This document shows, one piece after another, positions 1 to 11,932 of a stretch of DNA of 64,000 nt. Both the position numbers and the translations under genes were made by a program. Position 1 is the stretch's first letter. Each line of letters begins with the position of its first letter. The stretch is from Balanoglossus misakiensis. Its lineage: Eukaryota > Animalia > Hemichordata. The notes beneath the pieces are model-generated. The model made no database searches. It worked only from the letters and a program-made list of their open reading frames with translations, and was not told the DNA's origin. Where the stretch lies: contig CM082588.2 in the NCBI GenBank assembly GCA_040954595.2, positions 6,088,202-6,152,201 on the forward strand, read 5' to 3'.

Positions 1-1927
1 GTGGAATTGGTTGAACCATACTTCCTCGCCTAGAAAAAAGTGCTGTATTAGACTATCTCGTCAGGAGCCATGTGAAATCAATTCGCAAACATAGCGAACT
101 CTTTAAAATACCTATCATGTACTATGGACTTATAATAATGTCACATATCCACAGTTAGCTATCAACTGATAGCTAGCTAGATGTTAACCAATATTAAATC
201 AACCATGTCAAAACTAATAAAACCTTTTCATCCCCTTTTCCCCGCTTTAATGTCCAACCTTACCCATGGAAAACAATGGATTTGGACGACACCATTGTCG
301 AGAAAGGCTTAAATGGCAGCAATGTCATGCCCACTCACCTGTTTTCGGATGAGTTCCAAACCCGGGCTGGTTGTGCCAGTATGTTAGGGCACCATCTTCC
401 TCCCAACGATAATCCCTTCCGTGTTCAACCATATACTTTTCAACATCCGACTTTTCTTCCGTGGAGAAACTCTATTGTAACAGAAATGCATGGGTGTGCT
501 TTTTATTTGTGATATTTTCTATAGTTACGCTTAGAGGCATGGTTTTAATATGTTACTCCTAGAAGTTGCATTCGATGCAGTTTCTTCGGCCTGAGGGAGG
601 CGGTGGATTCTATTTTGTGGATATCAAAAAGTGACTGACCCCCCCCCCCCCCCCATTGAACATGAATCCACCCTCGACCGAAGAAACTGACCAGTACCTT
701 ACCTCTTGCCAACTTGTGTATCCGCCTGGTTTCTTGGTCGGCAGATGTCGACAGTATCTAATACCTAGGCGCCTCACTTTCTCCACCAGTTCTGGGTCCA
801 GTTTCGGCAAGACATCTCTGACGTCAGCGATGGCAGTCTCGCCCCCATTACCCGGAAGTGCCGGTACGTCACAGAAAAAGAAAACCTGAAATATTTAGAA
901 CAAAGCATAGATGACGGGATCGGTCTATTTTTAGTCATGCGACCTCGGAATAAAAGCTGCTAGGTTTCCACATCTCGGCTTTCCGAAAACATGCAGGTAC
1001 ATGCTTACTCAGTTTTCATAAGCGGATATTTTATTTCAACATGTTTCGAAATAGTGGAACTTAAACATGTTTTTGTATAGGTATATCACTGTCCTGAGAT
1101 GTACCCATGTCTGAAATATATTGTCTTCGCATGTTCACCTATCAGTTCTCGACGCTGTTGGATTCATACTTGTTCGGTCCACTTTCGGCATACACAATAA
1201 GTATGGGGTGATCGAGGAAATCACTCGTATACTGTAGGGTACATCCTTGTGCGCTATCAGTTAGATTTCAAAACCATTCAGAATTTAATTTACACAATAT
1301 ACTCTGCACATACCCCCTCCCCAATATTTTCCATGCAATATGTTTGATTATATCCACAAAAGTTCACCAGAGTGATTAAATTTTCAACGACAGCAGTACA
1401 GTGGCCCATACGTTCATATAAGGTTGAGAATATTTTACCTTCCTTGGGGGATTTTCCACATACGCCTTTTCGTTGTGCAGTTCGATGGACAGCTCGGCCG
1501 CCTGGTCGCTTGCCGTTGCGACATTTTTGACGACTTTGTGTCTGAACGCGGTGCCTCCCGATCCATAGTCCATCAATGTGTATCCAAGGCCACTCATGAA
1601 CTGGGAGAATTCCCCACCGCCAGTTTGTATGGGCACGCCGCGGAAGAGAATAGCCCCGTGGATATGCAGTTCGCGTTCAATAATTTCTCGGGCGTCTTTA
1701 GCGAAATCACTGACCGACCCCGAGTGCTCCTCTGCCGGACTGGCGACGGTGTACACGGCAGGAAAGTTCTCCCTCGGGCTCGCTACGTACTCTGGAAATT
1801 TGCTTCCAGGGGTCGACCCGCCGGGGAGCCATTTTCGCCCTGCCAGTGTTGCCGTTGTCTGCGCAGGTACATCAAGTCGCCTGGCGTAGTTGAACTTCGC
1901 CACGGGTCTTGGGCCGGTGGAAAGCAT
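1..1927 (-). CDS. TauD/TfdA-family Fe(II)/2OG dioxygenase, DdaC/SyrP-like, paralog A (3' end runs off the window)
   Basis: Exons 1927-1439, 885-703, 471-339, 29-<1 with GT/AG boundaries and continuous frame. Motifs HGAILFRG, SIELHNE (HxE iron ligands), FFFCDVP..GGET, WFNQ. The start codon is uncertain (ATG 1927 is the only in-frame ATG before an upstream stop at 2005-2003). Confidence 0.88.
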
Positions 1928-2593
1928 ATTCAAACGAAATAGTCTGCCGGCTGGTGCAAAGCAGAAACGAGAGTGCTGCCGGTTGAGGGTCTGGGTATAG
2001 GCTCAACTCTGTACAGCGTGCAATTGAATAATGAACAGCTTACTGCTGTGACCATGCAAGGACATGTCGTCTGGCTCATCATTGAATGGGATGGCCCTGA
2101 AATGTCTCATTTACTACCCTATTCTATATGCATGTATTTAGTCTCTCTCCCTTTGTCTGTACGATGCCTGTCTATCCTCTCTTCTTAGGCGAAAACGTAT
2201 TGCCAGTTGAGTAGTTGACTATTTCTTGCTCGGTCACCTTATCCGGTGTTACGGTGTTCTTCCATCGGTGGTATAATGTCGCTCTCTGTTTCAGAGTTAC
2301 GGTACATGTACTAGAGTACCGAGAACAAAATTGCAAGGACACGTGGAATTTATTTCCAAATGTGATTGTGTGTTAAATACTGCCTTTGTTTGCCGGTGGT
2401 GGTGATAATGGCGGTATGGTAGGGTACATAATGAAGGGATGGTGGAGTGGTAGAAGTTGTTGCCATTGAATCTGCCTTCAAAACACAATGTCCGAGATGT
2501 CATCGCAATTTGAATAAACGCGACTAACAGTTGACCATTACCGTATATACACAAATATATATATCACAGTACAAAACTGGAGAGAGAGAGAGC

Positions 2594-2633
<40 letters not shown>

Positions 2634-2854
2634 TAGGTGGATGTGGAGTACGTCGTGGCCTGCATGACACACCTCACCGATTTCGTACGGAAGGTGGCAG
2701 TCTTGAAGGTGTACATATTCCTTATACAGAGATACAGAGAAATGTAAGCTATCACTGTAACCATGTTATTTTATTACACTTGATACAGATCCCCGGATTC
2801 TCAACAATACAGCTATCGATGAGGGCGTTTGAAAGAGATAATGTGAGGTTATTA

Positions 2855-5800
2855 TCAGTCGTTTACAATGCTAACCAAAAGCCTCCTCTCCCCATAGAAT
2901 CCCAACCTTGAGTGACACACATAGAGGTTATCCTGTGCCAAAATGTCCCCCTTCTGCATCTGAAACCCAACCGACACTTCCCAGAATACTTCGCGGATGT
3001 GCTGCAGTGCCTCGGCTTCGATTTCACTTCCGTCGCCGTAGTAACAGTGGAAGGGGTACTTCTCATCCGGGATATCCAGGTGAGCCCACAATGGGTGACT
3101 CTTGCAATACGAGGCATGGTGACAGTGCATCTGATTGAACCAAATTTCTCGTCCTGCAATGACAGTCAGTGTAATATCATGACCAGGAATAGGCTTGCCC
3201 CAGGTCTATGGGCTTACTTATGTCACGGTAAATTAAATGAAAATATTTCGTCCCGAGTTGTTATAGGACGTGTGGAGTCGGTAGACCCATCGTCGATCAG
3301 TAACTGAAACTCAGTACCGACACTCACCCAAGGCAAATCATGGGCAACGGTAACAAACCTAAGTAAGGTTATGGGCAAAATTGAGAGACAGTGAACAACT
3401 GAATTATGTAGAATGTGAAGTGACGAATACTGTAGGCGAGTCTAGACAGGGACTAAGGGTGGTTACAGTTTTCGCCTCTGGGACAGGTTATAAACGCAAG
3501 CAAGCGTGATTGGTCGCTCAACCAAAGGTGTGTTCTATTTAGATGTGCTTTTTAGTACATATTCTAATTCATAAATAATTAAATTTATGTACTCGCCTGT
3601 TTTTGGATGCCTGACAAAGCCAGGCAGGTTGTACCAGAAAGTGAGGGCGTCATCTTCTTCCCAACGATAGTTAAACCCACGTTCCACCAAATACTGTTCA
3701 ACTCTAGCCTTGTCCTCTGTTAAGAAGCCCTAGTCATAAACGCAAGGAAGGTAAATTGAATTTGTAGTAAAAGGGTTAATAACACAAATACAGACTTTAT
3801 GTGACAGTGTAAGCTGATGCAGAGAATTTCCATTTAATGTTGTACATGAGACAATAACTTTGCACAGTGACGCCAACTTTGACTCTCGATTTCAAGAGAG
3901 GATTATCCGCAGGGATAATCTCAGGTTGCCTTGAGCACAATACGACAAAAATGTGATTGATGTCTCTAAATTATAATGGATTAAGGTTGAGGTTGGATTA
4001 AGATCTGATAAACTTAAAATACATGTCAGTTTGTGTTTGTGGTAAACGAAAAAGATTTTTGGCATTGCATATATTAGTAGCTATGTTTTTATTTTTAGGT
4101 ATTCATGGGCATGACAAAAGACCCACATATAAAATCATAATTGTCAGCCACTTGCCGGCCCTCTATATATTAGTGTCTCCATATGTTGCAATTGATGCAC
4201 ACAACAATTTAATCTATTTGGGGATAACAGCATGCCGATTAACTGTGTAAAATCATCAGCATACTGCGAGTATACTGTCCACCTGCTCTACGCGTTTTGT
4301 TCAAACAATGGCAGAATTATGACTCTCCGCCCGAGCGCAATAAATATTATTCATTTGGTACACATTTTCTTCGCTTGCAAGGGTCCCAAAATAGTCCCCA
4401 TTGTGTCAGGTTGCACTGCCTTAGTAGGTACATGCAGATTGATCTTTGTAAGAGCACGCTAATTTGTTTTGAAATCTACCCTACTGGACTAGGTCAGCTG
4501 TCTGCTGTGACATTTCAAGCAATGGCATACTGCTTAATGGCATAGTCAAGTCGTGCATATGTTTGTTCTATGAGATGTCTTCCCCTTATCAGAAATTCAA
4601 TAATATTATTCGGTTATTTATTCACAAATACGACCATGTATGTACAAGGGCTCTTACCGCATGCACGCATTGCATTGGACAACCAGGAGCGAGTCCAATA
4701 CATCGCGTATCGTATAGCCTGGGTCCGCACATTTTGTGTATTACCCTAATATGCATACTGTAAAAATACCAATACCAAAAATACCAGTTCCCAAACAATT
4801 ATTTTTAATAAAGCCAATCGTTACACATTAAAAATGTCGTACCTCTTGCCAACTGACGTAGTCACCAATTTTCTTAGATGGGAGATGTCGGGAGTATCTT
4901 ACGCCAAGGCGTCTCACCTTCCCAACCAGTTTCGGATCCAGTTTCGGCAAGACATCTCTGACGTCAGTAAGGATTGTTTCTCCTCCATGACCCGGAAGTG
5001 GCGGTACGTCGCAAAAGAAGAATATCTAACAGAAACAAAACGTCGCATCTTACACGTTACCACGTAGAATATAAAGTTTCTTTTGTAAATATTTTTATGT
5101 AAATATCAGTTTTATTGGATGCTTAAAACATTAGTACATACTTTTCCCCTTCCAGAGTGGCCTTGCTAATCACCATCGAACAAGTTTGCAAGGTTAACTT
5201 AACCTAAATGTACTTTTAAGCGGCCAAGGACGATCGAAGACATGATGCCTGTGCGTTTGAAAAGGCGTCCTGTGAATTGAATCTGGGTCAAGGAAACAAT
5301 AACAGATCAAAAGGAGGACAAAAGAGTGTCCATGCATCTATACACGAAGGAACAGAAAAGAAGAAAATGACCTTTCTTGAATTCCAGTTCGAAAACTTGG
5401 CCTTGTTAGTGTTAGAATAGCTATCGGATACACCAAGGTCGTAAAAGAGTTCCATTTAGTTGCAAATCCGGGAAAGGGGTATCTTGAAATTTGACGGAAA
5501 GCGCAGAGATACCCGTGTTACTACAAGTGCCACCACTGGAACATGGTTAAAATCATGAACGAACTTGCTCTTTAAAAAGTGCACATTTAACAAAAAATAC
5601 AGCCGGATACACTCTGGCATATTCATGTTCCGTGATACTTACCTTCATTGGGTATTGAGGCGCGAATGACATTCTGTTGTGGGGTTCGATGGAGTATTGC
5701 GGCGGGTCGGGACTGGCTAACAGGTTTTCCACGAAGAGTTTCTGCGTAATACAGTCCCCTTCGTCATGCCCGAGTAGCGTGTAGCCTAGTCCACGCATGA

Positions 5801-6134
5801 ACTGCAAGAACCCTCCGTCCTTGTCGTGTAAAGGGATACCACGGAAGACGAGAGCTCCGTGGACGTGCAATTCGCGTTCAATGATTTCACGTGTGTCTTC
5901 GGCGAAATTCTCCGAAGAATCAACGACGCTGTACAGCGCCGGGAAATTGTCCGTTGGGCTTGCTAGGTATTCCGGAAACTTGCTCCCTGGCACTGTCGCC
6001 CCAGGAAGCCAGCGCCGCCCCGCTAACACGCCGGCCAGCCGGGAAGATACCCCAAGTCGCCGGCTGTACTCGAATGTCAGTTCCCGCCGTACGCTGGTAC
6101 TGGTAGAAGAAATCGGACGAAGAGTTTTTTCCAT
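2855..6134 (-). CDS. DdaC/SyrP-like dioxygenase paralog B (368 aa; HxE motif changed to HNR)
   Basis: Exons 6134-5643 (492 nt), 5025-4843 (183), 3729-3597 (133, GC donor gcgagt), 3153-2855 (299, TGA). Frame is open throughout. C-terminal DNLYVCHSRLGFYGERRL motif is retained. Confidence 0.85.
3260..4756. repeat. 1.5-kb local duplication, copy 1 (gene B intron 3 part, exon 3, intron 2 part)
   Basis: Near-identical to 6155-7643, from gttataggacgtgtggagtcgg to ttaccctaatatgcat. Confidence 0.92.
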
Positions 6135-6154
6135 TGATGGTTTTGCGATTTTCC

Positions 6155-7643
6155 GTTATAGGACGTGTGGAGTCGGTAGACCCATCGTCGATCAGTAACT
6201 GAAACTCAGTACCGACACTCACCCAAGGCAAATCATGGGCAACGGTAACTAACCTAAGTAAGGTTATGGGCAAAATTGAGAGACGGTGAACAACTGAATT
6301 ATGTAGAATGTGAAGTGACGAATACTGTAGGCGAGTCTATAGACAGGGACTATAAGGGTGGTTACACTTTTCGCCTCTGGGACAGGTTATAAACGCAAGC
6401 AAGCGTGATTGGTCGCTCAACTAAATGTGTGTTCTATTTAGATGTGCTTTTTAGTACGTATTCTAATTCATAAATAAATAAATTTATGAACTCGCCTATT
6501 TTTGGATGCATGACAAAGCCAGGCAGGTTAAGTTGTACCAGAAAGTGAGGGCGCTACCTTCTTCCCAACGATAGTTAAACCCACGTTCCACCAAATACTG
6601 TTCAACTCTAGCCTTGTCCTCTGTTAAGAAGCCCTTGCCATAAACGCAAGGAAGGTAAACTGAATTTGTAGTAAAAGGGTTGAAAACACAAACACAGACT
6701 TTGTGTGACAGTGTAAGCTGATGCAGAGAATTTCCATTTAAGGTTGTTTTTGAGACAATTACTTTGCACAGTGACGCGAACTTTGACTCTCGGTTTCAAG
6801 AGAGGATTATCCGCAGGGATAATCTCAAGTTGCCTTGAGCACAATACGACAAAAATGTGATTGATGTCTCTTAATTATAATGGATTAAGGTTGAGGTTGG
6901 ATTAAGATCTGATAAGGGTAAAATACATGTCAGTTTGTGTTTGTGGTAAACGAAAAAGATTTTTGGCATTGCATATATTAGTAGCTATGTTTTTATTTTT
7001 AGGTATTCATGGGCATGACAAAAGACCCACAAGTCATAATTGTCAGTCACTTGCCGGCCCTATATATTAGTGTCTCCATATGTTGACGCACACAACAATT
7101 TGAACTATTTGGGGATAACAGCATGCGGATTAACTGTGTAAAATCATCAGCATACTGCGAGTATACTGTCCACCTGCTCTACGCGTTTTGTTCAAACAAT
7201 GGCAGAATTATGACTCTCCGCCCGAGTGCAATAAATATTATTCATTTGGTACACATTTTCTTCGCATGCAAGGGTCCCAAAATAGTCCCCATTGTGTGAG
7301 GTTGCACTGCCTTAGTAGGTACATGCAGATTTATCTTTGTAAGAGCACGCGAATTTGTTTTGAAATCTACCCTACTGGACTAGGTCAGCTGTCTGCTGTG
7401 ACATTTCAAGCAATGGCATACTGCTTAATGGCATAGTCAAGTCGTGCATATGCTTGTTCTATGATATGTCTTCACCTTATCAGAAATTCAATATTATTAT
7501 TCGGTTATTTATTCACAAATACAACAATGTATGTACAAGGGCTCTCACTCGCATTGCATTGGACAACCAGGAGCGAGTCCAATTAAACGTCGCGTATCGT
7601 ATACCCTGAGTCCGCACATTTTGTGCATTACCCTAATATGCAT
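6155..7643. repeat. 1.5-kb local duplication, copy 2, directly upstream of the gene B start codon
   Basis: Direct copy of 3260-4756 with scattered substitutions and small indels. Confidence 0.92.
6496..6633 (-). pseudogene. Degenerate duplicate of dioxygenase exon 3
   Basis: Copy of 3597-3729 with a 5-nt insertion (aggttaagttgtacc versus aggttgtacc) that shifts the frame, and the acceptor changed from TAG to AAG. Confidence 0.8.
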
Positions 7644-8681
7644 TTTTGTCACCCTTTCATTCTTTATCTGATGTAAACAGCGTCGACTCAGTTCATTGAA
7701 TATCGATCACCGACGTAAATTTTAACGCAGGAGAGAACTATTTGATTTCGACTGGGGGTGGATTTGGGGAAGAAAATTGTCAGCAGATGGTGCGGAGGGA
7801 AAAAAGTAGCACAAGCAAACATTAGCTGTATTTTGAGGGCTCTGTTGTATATTACAATTCTACTTTGTAACACAGACTACCCTCTTTAAAAAAAGCATAA
7901 TAATATTAATAATAATCGAAAATCAAATGGTTCTCTCTCCCCTAAGTTAACGTTTTCAAACATTAACCTTCCTTTTCCACGTTGTGGTGGCACGAGCAAC
8001 GTTCCCTCAAATTTGTGACGCAAAATGAAGTTCCGATTCGTGGCGTCTTGATTTTCAGTACAGTGATGCGGCGGTGATGAAGCTGCCCAGTCACGTCCTT
8101 CATTGGTCGAGGGCAAAGTACGCAGCTTTTGTCATGCAAATTGCGTCAGGAAGGTCACGAGTTCGCATCGGAAGTACAATGTAATACCAAAACAAGAAAG
8201 TTTTGGTTGTACATGTATTTTGAGGTTCCAAAGTGTACTGGAAACTGAATATCTTGTTCTACGCCTAAAAGAGTCTTGAATATTTTGAAAACTTCATGCT
8301 TTAATGATCGTGCTTACTAATAACATGGCTAAAAGCAAAATTAATCACGATGGTGAACTTTGACAGTGTCGGCTGAAAGCATTTGCTATAGTCGATCGAT
8401 CCGTTATGGATAGTAATTACAACGATTTTTTAACACTATTACAAGTTGATATGTACTTGTATCTTATAAGCCCAGGGGGCTGGATGTGGCATGTTTGAAC
8501 CAAACAGTTGTATTTTGAATCAATATATCATGTAAACTTTAAGTCCACAAGCTTTAACTTAACTTACAATACGTTATCCAACAAGGGTTGCCTTCTGTTT
8601 GACTAACTCGCTTTTTATGTACTAGTAAGTATTTTGTTTATTCGCTAGAAGGACTTCATGGGATTCTTAGCGCGGTCCCAT

Positions 8682-11140
8682 TCAGTTTTCGGTAAGACTG
8701 GCCAACAACCGTCTCTCGCCCGTGAACCCCAACCTCGCGTGACCCACATAGATGTTATCCAAGACTAGGATATCACTCTTCTGCATCTGAAATCCAACAG
8801 ACTCGTTCCACAACACTTCTCGAATGTGCTGTATGGCCTCGTCTTCGATTTCGCTTCCGTCGCCGTAGTAAGCGTGGACAGGGTATTTGTCGTTTGGTAG
8901 GTGAAGCGAAGTCCATGCCGGGTAGTGTTTTAAGAACGAGGAGTGATGAGTGTGCATTTGATTAAACCACACTTCTTGGCCTGCAACGATGTTGAACAGG
9001 GAGAGATTTACACCAGGAAAAAAACCCACAATAGAACAACACGGTGAACAACTGGAGGCCACGAATCTGTCTCGTTTTCCGGTATTCTATTTCACAGAAT
9101 ATCAGTTAATTTTGTTCTCACTGCTCTAAAAGCCTATTGACACCACAATTTCACTGAAATCAATGTGGTGCAATTTGATGTGGGGACAGAACCTTTCACA
9201 AATTTCTTACACATAGTTCCAGCCAGATATGAACACAGTGTCTCCATGCAGCATATGTCCTCAAATCAGGACTCAAGACTTAAATACTGATTATTAATTA
9301 CACCCACCTACCTGTTTTTCGATCTGTTGTAAATCCGGATTGGTTGTACCAGAATGATAGGGCGCCATCTTCCTCCCAACGATAACTCTTTCCATATTTA
9401 GCCATATACTCTTCAACATCTGACTTGTCTTCCGTTAAAAATTCCTAGCCATAAACAGAGGAACATGTGAACTTTCCCATTGGGTTTGTAAAATTTTCGC
9501 ATCTTCGACAAGGATGTGGATGTTATTTTCGTTAATAATTCTTGCCTTGTATAAGCCTACACAGAAAGTTGCCACCATTATGATTACATTCAGTGTTTCT
9601 AGCTTGTTGCACTCTATCATGTACCCAAACACAATATGAATCCAAATTAGCTTCATATTTATGTTTTCAGTGTTTTTGTTTTGTGTATCTACTGCAGTCT
9701 ATTGTTTAAATCCCTGAAGCAGGATGAAATCCCCTTATTCACCTTATTAAAGGTATACAGTCACCTCCAATTTACATATCGCCATATATAGTTGAAATGG
9801 CGTATTTGAGTGTTCTAAAGAACGCGTTATTTTCGCGTGTGCCACCCACTGAAAATCTGTGATTGGTTAGATCTCGATTTACCAGGGTAACTGTGGCTAA
9901 ATTTGTATAGGTGACCGTATACCTTTAACATAACTACATGTATATGTTTATAGTTAGCACTGCTATTGTGCAACATTTCAATTCGAGTCAGGACTAGAAT
10001 TAATTTGTCAATAATAACGATGGCCGTTTCAAAGGTTCTGGGTATATTAGCACACTGTTTGGAGTAGAGCAAGAGATTGCATTGGCTATACACAGAACAA
10101 AATTACTGAACATACAGCCAAAAGTTAGAGCTAATGTCCCTTTAAGCATTCGGCTGGATTATGAAACCCTTGAATAGTTTTACCTCTTGCCAGCTTGAGT
10201 GTTCACCTCCTGGTTTCTTGGATGGGAGATGTCGATGGTATCTAATGCCAAGACGTCTTACTTTCTCCACAAGTTCCGGATCCAGTTTCAGCAAGATATC
10301 TCTCACGTCGGTGATGACCGTCTCGCCTCCGTGGCCCGGAAGTGGTGGTATGACGCAAAAAAAGAAGACCTGTATCAATTAAACAAGGAAACAAACAAAC
10401 GAACAAAATAAATAAATAAACATACATACATACAAACAAACAAACAAACAAACAAAATAAGTAAATGATTCACACATCCAAGTAATGCCATAAAAACGAT
10501 TGGAACTAATTGCATGTGGGTGAATTGTCAGTCTTCATACTCACATAAACGTACGTGTGACACACAAAAAATTAAAATGGTCGAAATGACAGTAATTAAG
10601 AAGTATCACCTTAATAGGGTAGTATTCCAAATAGGCGAATTCATTGTGGGGTTCTATGGTGAATTCGGCCCTCCGTTCGCTGGCCGTTTGGACGTATTTG
10701 GAGAAATTCTGCCTGCGTGCGATAATAGTGGGGTCGGGCTTCATAGGTGTATATCCCAGACCTTGCATGAACTGAGAGAATTCGCTCTCACCCTGTAATG
10801 GGGCCCCACGGAATAGGAGAGCGCCATGGATATGCAATTCTCGTTCAATAACCTCACGAGTGTCCTTGGCGAAATCACCGATGGACGTCCATCCCGGGGA
10901 ACTGGAGACGTTGTACACGGCAGGGAAATTGTTCCGTGGACTCGCAATGTACTCGGGAAACTTGTTTCCCGGAGTAAATGCCCCCGGTAGCCATTTTCGT
11001 CCAGCTACACGCGCCGTCGCCTGGGAAGGTACATCAAGTCGTCGGCTGTGCTTGAAATGCGTGACGTACCGCTTGCTTGCAGAAAGCAAAGGCGGTCTTA
11101 CCACTGATGACGTGATAACATTTCGGAAAACAAGCAGCAT
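8682..11140 (-). CDS. DdaC/SyrP-like dioxygenase paralog C (about 382 aa)
   Basis: Exons 11140-10610, 10369-10184 (186 nt), 9444-9312, 8980-8682 with canonical GT/AG. TIEPHNE and DNIYVGHARLGFTGERRL motifs. Confidence 0.9.
9751..9924. mobile_element. 174-bp MITE with TTAA TSD (Kolobok-like)
   Basis: TIRs aggtatacagtcacct / aggtgaccgtatacct, with TTAA on both sides (9747-9750, 9925-9928). Confidence 0.75.
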
Positions 11141-11932
11141 ATTCACTGTCGATATTCCCAAGGATTCCAATTTCGTCCAGGCTGCAGGATACACTGTTAC
11201 TCAGAACATGGAAGTTTTCCTGTAAAAATCCCTGTCACAACAGTAGCCGTGGCCAGTCTTCTAGTATAGTATGTATTCAAATGGAGAGCCGCAAACACTC
11301 ATATGCACATTGGCGTCCCAAATACATCCATATTGGGTCGGTGTACTTTACGACCCCTTGGACAATCCCAGTTCATAGGCCTGTTAACTCGTTGGTGTGA
11401 CCTCGAAGTACAATGAACTTTTTGTGATGTTCTCGCAGTGCTCTGCGAAAAAGGGCCGTTTCCGACCGGCAATCTCATCATAAAAGTTTATTTGTTTTTA
11501 TATAAAAAAAGAGGGGAGAGGGTGAACTAAATATGGCGATCTATCGTAGTCTGTGATGCAAACAATGTTGCAAATGGTCATTTAAAACAGAATCCAAGTA
11601 CTTTCAACAATGTTTTATTTATACAAATGCCTGCACAAGTACAGTGTTTTGAGTCCACCTGACATTTCTCGATGGTTCGTGAGCGCCTAACGTGGCATTT
11701 TATACTGTCACACATCCTTTTGTAATCTTGTGCTTTTAATGCCTTGTTTTCTTCTATGCCATTTTACTATACTACGTCGTGTTACTGTCTTATTGCCTAT
11801 AAACGAGGAGGTGTAGAGTAATCACAGTACATATTATTATAGATACCATCTTTTGGAAGTTTCTTATAGGTATGCTCGTTCACTGGAGGGCACCTATGGG
11901 AAGAATATTCACAGTCCCCGGAGAAAGTGTTT

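Noticed and set aside
1424-1942. Plus-strand ORFs overlapping dioxygenase exons (also 5797, 10860, 13878, 55690, 62282)
   Set aside because: Antisense shadows of GC-richer coding exons, with no independent motifs.
5660-5700. Paralog B as a 2OG-dependent halogenase
   Set aside because: Known halogenases replace the carboxylate with small Ala or Gly to admit halide. Arg is bulky and not a known halogenase signature.
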